Shown piece after piece: positions 9,011 through 16,187 of a DNA stretch of 31,080 bases. The stretch comes from an uncultured bacterium. GTDB taxonomy: Bacteria > Desulfobacterota > Desulfobacteria > Desulfobacterales > JAHEIW01. The notes below the pieces were generated by a model. It did not search any database. It was not told the DNA's origin and saw only the letters and a list, made by a program, of their open reading frames with translations. The first letter of the stretch is position 1. Each line of letters starts with the position of its first letter. Location of the stretch: positions 1 to 31,080 of the forward strand of contig CBDUUO010000001.1 of assembly GCA_965370395.1 (NCBI GenBank), given 5' to 3'. The translations under genes were made by a program, and so were the position numbers.

Positions 9011-9937
9011 CTAGGATCTCAAAAACACCCGGGTAATTTGTTGCCAGCCGATCTGGGGCATATGCCCGAAAATGTCATTACTCAGATAGCCGCCGTCGGT
9101 GGCCAGCGGCCCGGCGGTTTCCTCGATTACCTGGTAGAGACGATCAACCTCTGCATCGATAAATTCACCGGCCTGAGCACCGATCATCAAGCTTTTAAGG
9201 TCTTGGCGAAGGTTGGAGCAGTGCAGCCGCAAAATCCATCCTTCACTGTATGGATCTTCATCGGCCCGGCTGCCGCGTTCGCGCAACTCCGGATTAATAT
9301 CGGTTACCACCCCGCTGACCGGTGAAAGCAGTCTGGCATTGTTTCCCTCGCGATCTAAGGCGATATCGGGCCGATCCTGTTCCATCTGTTTGCCCATCAA
9401 AGGTGCTTGAATTTGATCCAGCGGTCCCAGCAGGCGCATGGCAAAGTCATCCAAGCCGACTCGAACCGTCGAACCTTCCTCGATTTTTACCCAGGTATGT
9501 CCCGGATGCAGGTAAAATCCATGAGGGATTTTAAAACCCTTGATATCCAGGACATCCACCGGCTGAACCACGGCGTGCACGGCAAACTGATCACTGAAAT
9601 ATTGATCGAATTCGCAATTGCCGCACTGGTAGTCACGGGTGCAGGCGCGAAACTCAATGTGGCCGATCATATGATGCAAACAGGGCTGTTTCCATACCGG
9701 CAACTCCCGTAATTTGTCCTTCCAGAAAACAATGCGTCCACGCTTTCCTCTCGGGATCTTGACGTTTTCTTTGAGATGCAGGTTCTCGGAGGCAACACGC
9801 TGCATGGCCCTGTCATAGGCACAGGCCGCGCACTGGAAGTCAATCCAACAAAACTTTTTAGGAACCACGCCCGCCTGCATCCAGATACAAGGATGCTCAT
9901 TATTGGCAGCTTGATTTCTTGCTTGCTTCGAGTTCAT
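9011..9937 (-). CDS. GcvH-like fold protein B without lipoyl Lys, with two N-terminal Cys4 motifs, 308 aa
   Basis: VRVGLDDFA..LLG, LLSPVSG, DPYSEGW form the H-protein signature. G occupies the lipoyl-K position (DREGNNARLLSPV). AAGGA SD. Confidence 0.85.
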   Translation of the reverse strand: MNSKQARNQAANNEHPCIWMQAGVVPKKFCWIDFQCAACAYDRAMQRVASENLHLKENVKIPRGKRGRIVFWKDKLRELPVWKQPCLHHMIGHIEFRACTRDYQCGNCEFDQYFSDQFAVHAVVQPVDVLDIKGFKIPHGFYLHPGHTWVKIEEGSTVRVGLDDFAMRLLGPLDQIQAPLMGKQMEQDRPDIALDREGNNARLLSPVSGVVTDINPELRERGSRADEDPYSEGWILRLHCSNLRQDLKSLMIGAQAGEFIDAEVDRLYQVIEETAGPLATDGGYLSNDIFGHMPQIGWQQITRVFLRS

Positions 9938-10011
9938 AGTGAGTCCTTGGTGCCCCAGTTAATAGTTATTCGTTATTTGTTAATAGAAAAGGGCTAATAA
10001 CGAATAACGAA

Positions 10012-11010
10012 CTAGGTTTTCAGAAACTTTTGGGTTAAATTCTTCCAGCCCAGATCCGGAAGATTCCCGTAAATGTCATCAGCCAGATAACCGCCATCGG
10101 CCGCCAGGGGACCGGCAATTTCCTCGATCATGGTTTCCAGATGGTTGACTTCCTCGTTTATCCAGCTCAGGCCGTCCTGATCCACCATCAATTTTTTCAT
10201 GGTGCCTTTAATATCCGGCGTCCGAACCATAAAAAGCCACCCGTCTCCGTAAGGTTCATTATTGGCCAGTTTCGGATTTTCCCTGACCTTCGAATTCACT
10301 TCCATGATGACGCCATCTACCGGCGAAAGTACATCGGCCAGGTTATCTTTACGCTTCAGCCCCCAGCCCGCTTTGCTCTGATCCAATTCCTTACCGATCA
10401 ACGGCAGATCGAGAGCATCGGCCTGGCCCAGCACTTTCAGCGCAAAGTCATCCAATCCCACCCGAATATAACCGCCGCTTTCGATTCTGGCCCAGGCATG
10501 TCCATTATGGAAATAGTATCCCATGGGGACATCGAAACCCTTAACCTGCTGTATTTCACTGGGGAATGCTTTGGCTTTTGTGGTCCAGACATCTTCAAAA
10601 TACTGATCAAAGTCACATTTGCCGCATTCATAATCATACGCACACATCCGCTTTTCAATGCGGTCGGTAAGGCTGTGGCGGCAGGCCCGATCCAGATCCG
10701 GTCGTCTCTTCATGGCTGCCTGCCAGCTGATCTGTTTGCCTTTGGCGACTTTCTGATCCATGGCATGATCGTATTTACAGCGGGTGCAATCATAATAATT
10801 GTCACAATTTTTGAATTTTACCACCCCGGCCTGCATCCAAAGACAGGGAGTCGCTGCTTTGGCTTTCTTGTCCGGTTTGACCAGCCAGACCTGGCCGCCG
10901 AGAACAGATTCAATCTCTTGCTGCGCTTTGCCGTCACCAGCTTTGCCTTTTTGGTAAGTCGATCCGAATCCGACCTGGCTCCTCTGTGCCTTTTTCTTCT
11001 TTTCAGCCAT
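10012..11010 (-). CDS. GcvH-like fold protein A without lipoyl Lys, with two N-terminal Cys4 motifs, 332 aa
   Basis: IRVGLDDFA..VLG, VLSPVDG, EPYGDGW. D occupies the lipoyl-K position (KRKDNLADVLSPV). Paralog of 9011..9937. AAGGAG SD. Confidence 0.85.
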   Translation of the reverse strand: MAEKKKKAQRSQVGFGSTYQKGKAGDGKAQQEIESVLGGQVWLVKPDKKAKAATPCLWMQAGVVKFKNCDNYYDCTRCKYDHAMDQKVAKGKQISWQAAMKRRPDLDRACRHSLTDRIEKRMCAYDYECGKCDFDQYFEDVWTTKAKAFPSEIQQVKGFDVPMGYYFHNGHAWARIESGGYIRVGLDDFALKVLGQADALDLPLIGKELDQSKAGWGLKRKDNLADVLSPVDGVIMEVNSKVRENPKLANNEPYGDGWLFMVRTPDIKGTMKKLMVDQDGLSWINEEVNHLETMIEEIAGPLAADGGYLADDIYGNLPDLGWKNLTQKFLKT

Positions 11011-11059
11011 TTCCCTCGCTCCTTTTCTAAAATAAATTTTATTCTTGTTGCCTGATTAT

Positions 11060-11075
11060 AGCAAGGTATATGCCA
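11060..11075 (-). promoter_or_regulatory. Sigma-54 (-24/-12) promoter of the GcvH-like pair
   Basis: Minus strand TGGCAT-ATACC-TTGCT has GG-N10-GC spacing, one mismatch to TGGCAC-N5-TTGCW, and lies 50 nt upstream of ATG 11010. Confidence 0.85.
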
Positions 11076-11174
11076 ACGAAATCCATTCCGACTAGAATCA
11101 ATATAACAGCCTGAAATTGAATAAAATTTAATATTTAATAAATACAAAAGATTTAGATCAGCTGAATCCAGTTG

Positions 11175-11303
11175 TGTAGGGATTTTCTACATTTTAAGAA
11201 ATCAGATAAACTGGTTTTTTATAATATTGCATGAAATTTAACTTATTTTCAATTAATTACCACTATGTTGGATTTTCCACCAATGACTTTGTAATTTCCA
11301 CCA
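11175..11303. promoter_or_regulatory. Candidate upstream activator sites for a sigma-54 EBP
   Basis: Palindrome TGTAG-N7-CTACA (11175-11191), a related TGTTG-N7-CACCA (11266-11282), and TTTCCACCA repeated 21 bp apart (11274, 11295). These lie 100-230 bp upstream of the -24, across an AT-rich tract. Confidence 0.55.
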
Positions 11304-11481
11304 CTATCTTTCTTCGAACCCCTGTTTTTCATTTTGTTTACGATCAATTAGGGTAGAAAAACTGGGAGTATTTTGAATTTTAGTATTTGAAATCCTGTTT
11401 ATTTCCTGATATGAGCTTCTGTTCTATTGCCAGATAACCTGCTACCAATAATAATTTGAAAATCTGGAAAGGAGAGAAAAA

Positions 11482-11952
11482 ATGAATTTTGAGGACATAG
11501 AGGCGATAATTGATTTTGCGATTGAAAAGGAACGGGAAGCTGCAGCGTTCTATGAAAAAATAAGCAACGATGAGGAAGACTTTTCAGGCTCAAAACAAAT
11601 GTTTGAGGAATTTGCCGTTGAAGAGCAGAAACATGAGAAAATACTGCTGGATTTTAAAACCAAGGGAATATCCAAAAGTCTGGAAGAATATCAGCTAAAA
11701 TGGATCACCGATATAAAGCGCGGCGATTATTTAGTTGACCTGGAGTATGAAAAGGGCATGCCGTACAATGAAATTCTGCTGCTGGCCATAAAGCGCGAAG
11801 AGAAAGCGCTGCGACTGTATAACGACTTCCTGGAAAAAGCCGATACGGATGAGAGTAAAAAGCTGTTTAAGGTGCTTTGTCAGGAAGAAGCCAAACACAA
11901 ATTGGCTCTGGAAACTATCTATGATGACTATATGGCTAAAATGGGAGACTAG
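11482..11952 (+). CDS. Rubrerythrin/ferritin-like diiron protein (no rubredoxin domain)
   Basis: Duplicated E-x-E..FY..EExxH pattern (EKEREAAAFY..EEQKH; KREEKALRLY..EEAKH). GGAG SD. Confidence 0.85.
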   Translation: MNFEDIEAIIDFAIEKEREAAAFYEKISNDEEDFSGSKQMFEEFAVEEQKHEKILLDFKTKGISKSLEEYQLKWITDIKRGDYLVDLEYEKGMPYNEILLLAIKREEKALRLYNDFLEKADTDESKKLFKVLCQEEAKHKLALETIYDDYMAKMGD

Positions 11953-11981
11953 TTTTTTATTTTAGATTTTGATCGGAAAAA

Positions 11982-13331
11982 TTATTCAGATTTTTCTATA
12001 TCCTGGCACCCGGTACAGTCAGATATGAGGTTTTTCAGCTTTTTTCCCAGAACGGAATAGGAATAATATTTTCGGGCGGTCTCATAGTTGTGGGTGACCA
12101 TCTTTTTCCTCAGTTCAGGATCGGTAAGGATTTTTTCCGTTTTGCGAACCGCTTCGTCGGTGACGTAACCATCAATTTCGATGACCGAAAACCCTTTGGG
12201 TTTGATGTCGATTGTGTATATCGAATAGGTATTAACGACAATCGGGCAGCAGAAGTAAACGGCTTCAAGAAAGGCATTGCCGAATCCTTCGAAATTAGAG
12301 GGGTACGTCACCAGATCCGCATGCGGGTAGATATCATGCAGGGTATAAACCTTGCGCCCGTTCTTCGTTTTACCCCTTTGCTCATTGATGATATTTGAAA
12401 CAAAATACGTATCCACTTTCATCAACTTGGAATATTCCCTCACCCGGCGCTCATAGTCATAGCCTTCGTCTCCGGACGCATGCGAGATGACGAGCTTGGC
12501 TTTCATACCCAAACGATGAACCAGCTCAATCGCATGTTCGATGCCTTTGCGTTTGACGACCCGGGTGGGCTGAAGGATCAACAGTTCATCATCGGCAACT
12601 CCCAGACCCTGACGCACATCCGCAGTATATTCATCGCTCGACGGGTGGTTTTCACCCTGATCCAAAGCACACGACTCGAAATTACCGGAACCCGGCGGCG
12701 GATGATCAAAATCCATTACATTGGGAATAATCGTGGCTGAAATGCCGGTGCGCAGACTCAATTGGTTGCTGGCCGAAGAGTTGATCACTACATGCCGGAT
12801 CGGCGGCAAATGCGGCGGAAAGGCCATATTTAGGTATTCCCAGCAGGCATTGATCATGAAATGCTGCCTTTCCCAGAAAAAATCATGATGGTGCGCAATA
12901 GTGGGCATGCCCGTCTCAGAGATGACTTCAGTAAGCGCAATACCCAGCGGTATATTTAACGGTATGGTCAACGTATTTTCGGGAACGAGTAGATCAAGGT
13001 CAAACTTTTCGATAAACTGGTAAAGGTGATCCTTTAACTTCTGCTTCATTTTATAGATTTTACGGGTCACGAAACGCCCCCGCACGCTGGCACCGAAACA
13101 GTTACGATAGATATCCTTAATGTCCGGATGCTTAAAATGGGCCTCTTGAACCCGATAGGAATACTCAGGTGGTCGATCAAGTTCGCCGGCAAAGTAGAAA
13201 CAGGTAAACCCTACCTGTTCAAATACATTTGCCCATTTCGCTGTCTCCAACGATACGCCGTCTGTCCCGGCAAAACGTGTGGAGATGAACCCCACATTAT
13301 GATGCTTACCGCAGGATGAACAATAGGACAT
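11982..13331 (-). CDS. Glycosyltransferase family 4, MggS (mannosylglucosylglycerate synthase)-like
   Basis: GTDGVSLETAKW, HHHDF.WER, LQPTRVV.RKGIE and YPSNFEGFGNAFLEA. AAAGGA SD at ATG 13331. Confidence 0.8.
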   Translation of the reverse strand: MSYCSSCGKHHNVGFISTRFAGTDGVSLETAKWANVFEQVGFTCFYFAGELDRPPEYSYRVQEAHFKHPDIKDIYRNCFGASVRGRFVTRKIYKMKQKLKDHLYQFIEKFDLDLLVPENTLTIPLNIPLGIALTEVISETGMPTIAHHHDFFWERQHFMINACWEYLNMAFPPHLPPIRHVVINSSASNQLSLRTGISATIIPNVMDFDHPPPGSGNFESCALDQGENHPSSDEYTADVRQGLGVADDELLILQPTRVVKRKGIEHAIELVHRLGMKAKLVISHASGDEGYDYERRVREYSKLMKVDTYFVSNIINEQRGKTKNGRKVYTLHDIYPHADLVTYPSNFEGFGNAFLEAVYFCCPIVVNTYSIYTIDIKPKGFSVIEIDGYVTDEAVRKTEKILTDPELRKKMVTHNYETARKYYSYSVLGKKLKNLISDCTGCQDIEKSE

Positions 13332-13473
13332 ATTTAATTCCTTTCTTATCCGTAAATTTCTGCGCCGATCCTGTGTTTGGGTCGATGCCTCGCGCTAACA
13401 CGAACACCGTTAGGCTTTCCTAAGAGTTTTCTAAAATATCATTACTTAATTCCTAAGTCATCTAATTTGTTTG

Positions 13474-14034
13474 TTAGACCTGATGGTAGCGAAAACAGTC
13501 CACCATATGATCATTTACAATGCCGGCTGCCTGTGTAAAGGCATAACAGATTGTCGGGCCCACAAACTTGAAACCTCTTTTTTTAAGATCCTTGCTCATC
13601 GCCGCCGAGATGCTTGTCTGAGCGGGTATTTCCGCCAGAGTTTTCCAGGCATTCTTGATGGTCTTACCACCGCTAAATCGCCAGATGTAATCATCAAAAC
13701 TTCCAAATTCTTTTTGTACAGCCAGAAAAGACCTTGCATTTTGAATCGCCGCTTCAATTTTAAGCTTATTTCTAACGATCCCCTTATTTGCAAGGAGTTC
13801 CTTCACCTTGCGTAAATCATAAGCAGCAATTTTTTTAGGATCAAAATGATCAAATGCTTTCTGATAGTTGGTCCGCTTTTTTAAAATGGTTATCCAGCTC
13901 AACCCAGCCTGAAAGCCATCCAGCAAGAGAAACTCAAACAGTTGCCGGTCATCGTGCAGCGGGACCCCCCATTCGACATCGTGATATTTTACATATAGCG
14001 GATCCGTATTGGCCCATGAGCATCTTATTTTCAT
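13474..14034 (-). CDS. tag: DNA-3-methyladenine glycosylase I
   Basis: RCSW..YHDVEWG, FQAGLSWITILKKR, KFVGPTICYAF.QAAG..NDH..DC. ATG 14034 with AGGAG SD is preferred over 14172. Confidence 0.93.
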   Translation of the reverse strand: MKIRCSWANTDPLYVKYHDVEWGVPLHDDRQLFEFLLLDGFQAGLSWITILKKRTNYQKAFDHFDPKKIAAYDLRKVKELLANKGIVRNKLKIEAAIQNARSFLAVQKEFGSFDDYIWRFSGGKTIKNAWKTLAEIPAQTSISAAMSKDLKKRGFKFVGPTICYAFTQAAGIVNDHMVDCFRYHQV

Positions 14035-14119
14035 AGGGTCTCCTACCGGAAGATGATACATGGTAAATGGCAAAAGAAAAGCAGCACTTTGACATGATTT
14101 TAGGGATACAAGAACGCTG

Positions 14120-14596
14120 TCAACTGAAAAGATAGAAACCCAATGCCTTATCAACGCTATCAAAAGGCGCAAATTCGGCGCCGATAAACTGATCCCGGTG
14201 ATTTTTGATGATGACTGTTTTTTTGATCAATGTTCTATGCGCATCGTCTAAATGGAACTCAATTTGCATCTGATCTCCGATCGCAAAGTTCTTTTTTACA
14301 TTCAGTTGAAGTTTTACGCCGGATGTTGACAGATTTTTAATCGTCATAAGACCCCGGTTCTGGGGTTGGCCCTCGATGAAATGAACATAGGTTCCTGGAA
14401 GGTTTGTCTCCTTACGATATTGCTTTCTCTTTTCCAAAATGGCTTTGTAAGCGTTCCCGCAAGGGCATTTGACGCTTACCTTTACGATTTTATCAAGGGC
14501 CGCATATTTGGAAACATCGACAGTTTTCGACCGGTTGCATTGCGGGCAGGAAAACGTCGCCATCTGTTTGCTGGTTATATATACTTTCGGGTTCAT
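14120..14596 (-). CDS. PilZ-domain (c-di-GMP receptor) protein with N-terminal Zn-ribbon
   Basis: CPQC...CPCG followed by RKQYR (RxxxR) and NLSTSG (D/NxSxxG). Confidence 0.85.
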   Translation of the reverse strand: MNPKVYITSKQMATFSCPQCNRSKTVDVSKYAALDKIVKVSVKCPCGNAYKAILEKRKQYRKETNLPGTYVHFIEGQPQNRGLMTIKNLSTSGVKLQLNVKKNFAIGDQMQIEFHLDDAHRTLIKKTVIIKNHRDQFIGAEFAPFDSVDKALGFYLFS

Positions 14597-14692
14597 TTAA
14601 TTGTACCTGGATAATAATCTTTTGATTAAATTTTTATCATATAATCCCGGTTTTTAAAAGCGATATTTGAAGCGTTAGCCACAGGACCTATC

Positions 14693-14833
14693 CCTGAATT
14701 TTGCACGAGTCGGAGGCTTTCATATTCTCATTAATTTTCATGCAAGATTCAGGTATTACAATCGGATGCCCGGCAATCACTGCATCCATCACAATTGCCA
14801 AAACCCGGATCGACTAAATTTGTAATATTCAGG
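14693..14833. promoter_or_regulatory. Three copies of a 13-mer TGYAADATTCAGG in the pilZ/hup divergent region
   Basis: Minus copy at 14693-14705 (TGCAAAATTCAGG). Plus copies at 14741-14753 (TGCAAGATTCAGG) and 14821-14833 (TGTAATATTCAGG). Confidence 0.55.
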
Positions 14834-14908
14834 ATCGGCAAACTATGTGATCATGCATATTTAAAATGATTTCTTCTTGCAAAAGCAAGAAAAATAGGCT
14901 TTTACTTA

Positions 14909-14937
14909 TTGACTTTCGAAAGGCTTTACTGTAGACT
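14909..14937 (+). promoter_or_regulatory. Sigma-70 promoter of hup
   Basis: TTGACT-17 nt-TAGACT, 52 nt upstream of ATG 14990. Confidence 0.6.
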
Positions 14938-14989
14938 TTCTTAAAAAAAGGCGCAAAATATATCTTACAATTCAAAGAAGGAGGCTTAA

Positions 14990-15262
14990 ATGACCAAAGC
15001 AGAATTAATTGGTACAATGGCAAAGGATGCTAAAATTTCAAAAGTTGCCGCCGGCGCAGTTCTTGATTCTTTCATGAGCAACGTTACGAAAGCCCTGAAG
15101 AAAAAAGACGGGAAAGTCACTCTGGTGGGTTTTGGAACCTTTCAGAAATACCGTCAAAAAGCTCGCAAGGGCCGCAATCCCCAGACCGGCGCACCGCTTA
15201 AAATCAAGGCTAAAAATGTTGTTAAATTTAAAGCCGGCAAAGGACTAAAAGCTGCTATCTAA
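14990..15262 (+). CDS. hup: DNA-binding protein HU
   Basis: MTKAELI...VTLVGFGTF...RKGRNPQTG...FKAGKGLK. GGAGG SD. Confidence 0.95.
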   Translation: MTKAELIGTMAKDAKISKVAAGAVLDSFMSNVTKALKKKDGKVTLVGFGTFQKYRQKARKGRNPQTGAPLKIKAKNVVKFKAGKGLKAAI

Positions 15263-15276
15263 TCCAATTTGTAATT

Positions 15277-15330
15277 AAAAAAAAAGCGGTTTATCGGTAA
15301 TAGTTATGCTGATAAACTGCTTTTTTTTTT
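15277..15330. terminator. Bidirectional intrinsic terminator
   Basis: A9-GCGGTTTATCGG-loop-CTGATAAACTGC-T10, between convergent hup and the minus-strand operon. Confidence 0.85.
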
Positions 15331-15486
15331 ACACCCGCACAGGTTGATTTCTCTTTGGCAGAAACGTTGGAAAACTGCCTGCAGAAAATTAAAGATTTTG
15401 AAATCGAAGATCTTTTCCCCAAAAAAGAATGATGACGCGCGCCTTGCGTTTTCATATTCCAATTCGCACATCTTGTTTATCGTCAA

Positions 15487-15627
15487 TCAACAGTTGCAGC
15501 CCTTCTCAAAGGCCTCCTCAAAGGCTTCAGCCGGGGCGCCGTAACTGGCCGAAACTCCCAGGCGACCAACGTTGATTCCCGTTTGCCCCAAATTGGCAGT
15601 CTTAAATGAATCCACAGCAGATTTCAC
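15487..15627 (-). pseudogene. Truncated aldo/keto reductase N-terminal remnant (about 42-46 aa)
   Basis: VKSAVDSFKTANLGQTGINVGRLGVSASYGAPAEAFEEAFEKGCNC-TGA resembles the AKR first strand/helix pattern (LGxTGxxVxxLG...A...G.N). It is absent from the ORF track, and resemblance stops at the TGA. Confidence 0.7.
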
Positions 15628-15635
15628 CTTCCGTA

Positions 15636-16067
15636 CTATTTTATGATTTTAGTGATTTTGGGCTGGTATGCATTCTTTTTGGCCATTTTATTGGCCCGGG
15701 CTTTGATGATAAACAGCGCGGTGAAAAAGAAGGCAAATCCCAACAGGACAGATAACGCAGAGGGACTAAATCCTATAAGGGGGGCCAGCACCTGCCCGAG
15801 TGCAGCGCCAACGATCAGCAGGATAATGGGAAAGACGTAAATCAAAAAGGTGGCTTTTAACAATGCGGCGGTCTCAAACCTCAAAACGATCCGATCCCCG
15901 ACTCTGGCGCCGGCCGAATTTACGGCCTTAACCTCCATATCCCGGCCGCCTCCCATGGTGTGGCAGGATCCCTTTGCGGTGCAGCCTTCACAGTCGCTGC
16001 TCCGAACGGTTTTTACCCAGGCGGCCCCAGAATCGGTCCGCAGCACGATCCCTTGTTCAGTAGCCAA
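15636..16067 (-). CDS. rseC: RseC/MucC-family membrane protein (SoxR-reducing system RseC-like)
   Basis: CEGCTAKGSC motif, VGDRIV, two hydrophobic TM segments. TTG start with GAGG SD. Confidence 0.85.
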   Translation of the reverse strand: MATEQGIVLRTDSGAAWVKTVRSSDCEGCTAKGSCHTMGGGRDMEVKAVNSAGARVGDRIVLRFETAALLKATFLIYVFPIILLIVGAALGQVLAPLIGFSPSALSVLLGFAFFFTALFIIKARANKMAKKNAYQPKITKIIK

Positions 16068-16187
16068 TGGTGACCTCGCAAGTAAAGAATTCTGGCCCAG
16101 AGGAACTAGTTTTCAAGGTTAGAATAAATGGGCGCTTTTGATTAAAAATTTGGCCTGCGCTCATGAATCGAAATCAGCGGATGAATT

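Noticed and set aside
9011-11010. Annotation as true glycine cleavage H proteins (gcvH)
   Set aside because: About 2.5 times normal length, canonical lipoyl Lys absent, no gcvP/T/L nearby.
14600-14900. c-di-GMP riboswitch upstream of the PilZ gene
   Set aside because: The GEMM core (GGCAAAC..GAAA..GACGCAAA..CTAA) could not be found in order on either strand. An Rfam scan would be decisive.
15304-15498. C-N-C-TGA read as a CxxU selenoprotein continuing into ORF 15304..15486
   Set aside because: The downstream frame is AT-rich with no AKR resemblance, runs through the hup terminator, and shows no clear SECIS stem at the right distance.
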